Position numbers and translations under genes: made by a program. Of a DNA stretch of 24,618 nucleotides, positions 22,941 through 24,618 are shown piece by piece. The notes beneath the pieces are model-generated. The model ran no database searches, was not told the DNA's origin, and saw only the letters and a program-made list of their open reading frames with translations. Origin of the DNA: a virus (taxonomy: Duplodnaviria; Caudoviricetes); the IMG/VR virus record IMGVR_UViG_3300020203_000096, positions 1-24,618 of that record. One strand, 5' to 3'. Position 1 is the stretch's first letter. Each line of letters starts with the position of its first letter.

Positions 22941-24618
22941 TGGCAACGACAATCAACAATCTCCCGCTTATGGATTCTGCTCAAACGCAGAAGTATCTGA
23001 CGTTCAATTCTGCGATCAGCTATCTGGATGCTCTCGTCAATCCGACAGTTTTCAACCGAACGACATCTACTCCACCTGTGAGCCCAACGGAAGGAGATCG
23101 ATACATCATCGGTTCTGCACCGACTGGTGCATGGACAGGACTGGCCAACAGAATCGCTGTCTACATCGGCACAAATTGGGTCATTTTCACTCCTTCTGAA
23201 GGATGGAACGTCTACGATCAAGGCGCGAACGAATATGTCAGTTTCGATGGTGCTTCTTGGGTCACACTCGCTTCTTTGGTCGGTGGTCCCGGTGGTGGAT
23301 CGAGTTTTGTTGATAACGCTTTTGAATTGGTCGACAACTTGGACGGCACAAAGAAAGCGGTATTCCAGCTGTCTGGTTTCCCAACATCGACAACTTACAC
23401 ATACACTTTGCCAAACTCGAGTTCAACTCTTGCAATTCTTGCCGGGACTCAAACTTTCACTGGAATAACTACGTTCAGCGGAACGTTTGACGTCTCTGCC
23501 GCGACTGCATCACTGGGAACTGCAGTCGTGGCTTCTACTGCCAACGTAGGAAGTGGGGCAATTACGACTGGTCTCACTAAAACCGTAAACCTTGGGACTG
23601 CAGGACTTTCTGGATCGACGACAGGAGTTAACATTGGCTCTGCCATCGCTGGCGCTCTTGGAACGTTGGTTGTAAACTCACCGACTGTGACCTTTGCATC
23701 AACGGTTTCAGCGATCGCAATGGACGCTGCAAACCTGTCTGTTTTGAGGACTGGGATCGGTGGTGCAACGGCGGATGCAACAAATCGACTGTCTGTGAAT
23801 ACTCCAAACGTTCTGTTCAATAATGCTGGCACGAACATTGACATGACGTTCAACAAGAACGCATCTGGGAACGATGCTACTATGAGTTTCAAGACCGGGT
23901 TCAGCACAAGGGCGATTGTTGGCTTGGCTGGGTCGGACGATTTGACTGTCAAGGTCAGTCCTGATGGAACATCATTCTTTGACGCTTTTTCTGTTGCTCG
24001 TGCCACTGGTTTGATGAGCGTCGCCAACGGCCTGACTGTTGTTGGTGCACTGACTCTGCCAGCAGCATCAGTCACACTGGCCAATCAAGCCAATGTGGCG
24101 ACTGCTAGAATTCTTGGTCGGACCACGGCTGGCACGGGAGTTCAAGAAGCACTGACAGCAGCGCAAGCGACGGCCATTCTCGACGAGGCTACGGCCGCGC
24201 TGAAAGGGCTTGGCCCGGTGAGGTCCGGGGTCGCGACTGATTTCCTTAGCGGCACGGGCGTTTATTCCGCCCCGTTGCCATCACTGGCTTCCGATCCGGG
24301 TTCCCCCGCCGACGGGGATGCATGGTACAATTCGACCACAGACCAGTTGCGGATGCAGATGAACGGGCTGACGCGGATCCTCGATGCCGGGCCAAACCCG
24401 CATCAAGCCCCCGGTACCGGCCATTATGTGCCAATGACCATGGGCGGATCGAGCGGTGCGTTGGGCACCCTGATCGGGGCGGCAGACCGGATGGACATCT
24501 ACCCGTTCATCCCGCGCGGCGATATGACCATCGACCGGCTCAGCGTCAACTGCACCAACTCTAACGCCGGTTCCACGGTCAAGATCGTCCTCTATGCAGC
24601 CGATACAAACGGCAAGCC
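22940..24618 (+). CDS. DUF2793-family tail fibre / receptor-binding protein, 3'-truncated by the window (absent from the ORF track)
   Basis: ATG 22940 overlaps the megatron TAA. My translation: MATTINNLPLMDSAQTQKYLTFNSAISYLDALV...EGDRYIIGSAPTGAWTG...P.EGW (DUF2793), later ATADATNRLSVNTP and FKTGFSTRAIVGLAGSDDLTVKVSPDG. No stop seen over about 559 codons. Confidence 0.9.
   Translation, partial: MATTINNLPLMDSAQTQKYLTFNSAISYLDALVNPTVFNRTTSTPPVSPTEGDRYIIGSAPTGAWTGLANRIAVYIGTNWVIFTPSEGWNVYDQGANEYVSFDGASWVTLASLVGGPGGGSSFVDNAFELVDNLDGTKKAVFQLSGFPTSTTYTYTLPNSSSTLAILAGTQTFTGITTFSGTFDVSAATASLGTAVVASTANVGSGAITTGLTKTVNLGTAGLSGSTTGVNIGSAIAGALGTLVVNSPTVTFASTVSAIAMDAANLSVLRTGIGGATADATNRLSVNTPNVLFNNAGTNIDMTFNKNASGNDATMSFKTGFSTRAIVGLAGSDDLTVKVSPDGTSFFDAFSVARATGLMSVANGLTVVGALTLPAASVTLANQANVATARILGRTTAGTGVQEALTAAQATAILDEATAALKGLGPVRSGVATDFLSGTGVYSAPLPSLASDPGSPADGDAWYNSTTDQLRMQMNGLTRILDAGPNPHQAPGTGHYVPMTMGGSSGALGTLIGAADRMDIYPFIPRGDMTIDRLSVNCTNSNAGSTVKIVLYAADTNGK

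Noticed and set aside
22940-24618. Diversity-generating retroelement target in the fibre
   Set aside because: No reverse transcriptase or template/variable repeat pair is visible, and the gene's 3' end is outside the window.

Overview
Morphogenesis half of a long-tailed (siphovirus-type) phage, probably of an alphaproteobacterium (Rhodobacteraceae-like). All convincing genes are on the + strand. Order: repeat-rich leader (1-600), small hypothetical, terminase large subunit, portal, scaffold, major capsid, three accessory head-region genes, head-tail adaptor, closure and terminator proteins, major tail tube, tail assembly chaperones joined by a -1 frameshift, neck/tail-completion protein, 1514-aa tape measure, the four RcGTA-like tail-tip genes (DUF2460 distal tail, DUF2163 hub, NlpC/P60, GTA_TIM megatron), and a DUF2793 tail fibre running off the window end. 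The head/tube module resembles YuA/phiJL001/RDJL-type phages; family calls come from recalled motifs and synteny, not searches. The most unusual signals are at DNA level: (i) two islands almost or wholly free of the GA/TC dinucleotide (1-420 and 8340-8476, the second inside a CDS) in an otherwise GA/TC-rich sequence, the first lying about 60 bp from a GA/TC-dense 12-bp array; (ii) a four-copy 21-22-bp dyad motif bracketing two predicted sigma70 promoters in the packaging region; (iii) a capsid leader with twin AGGG-loop hairpins.
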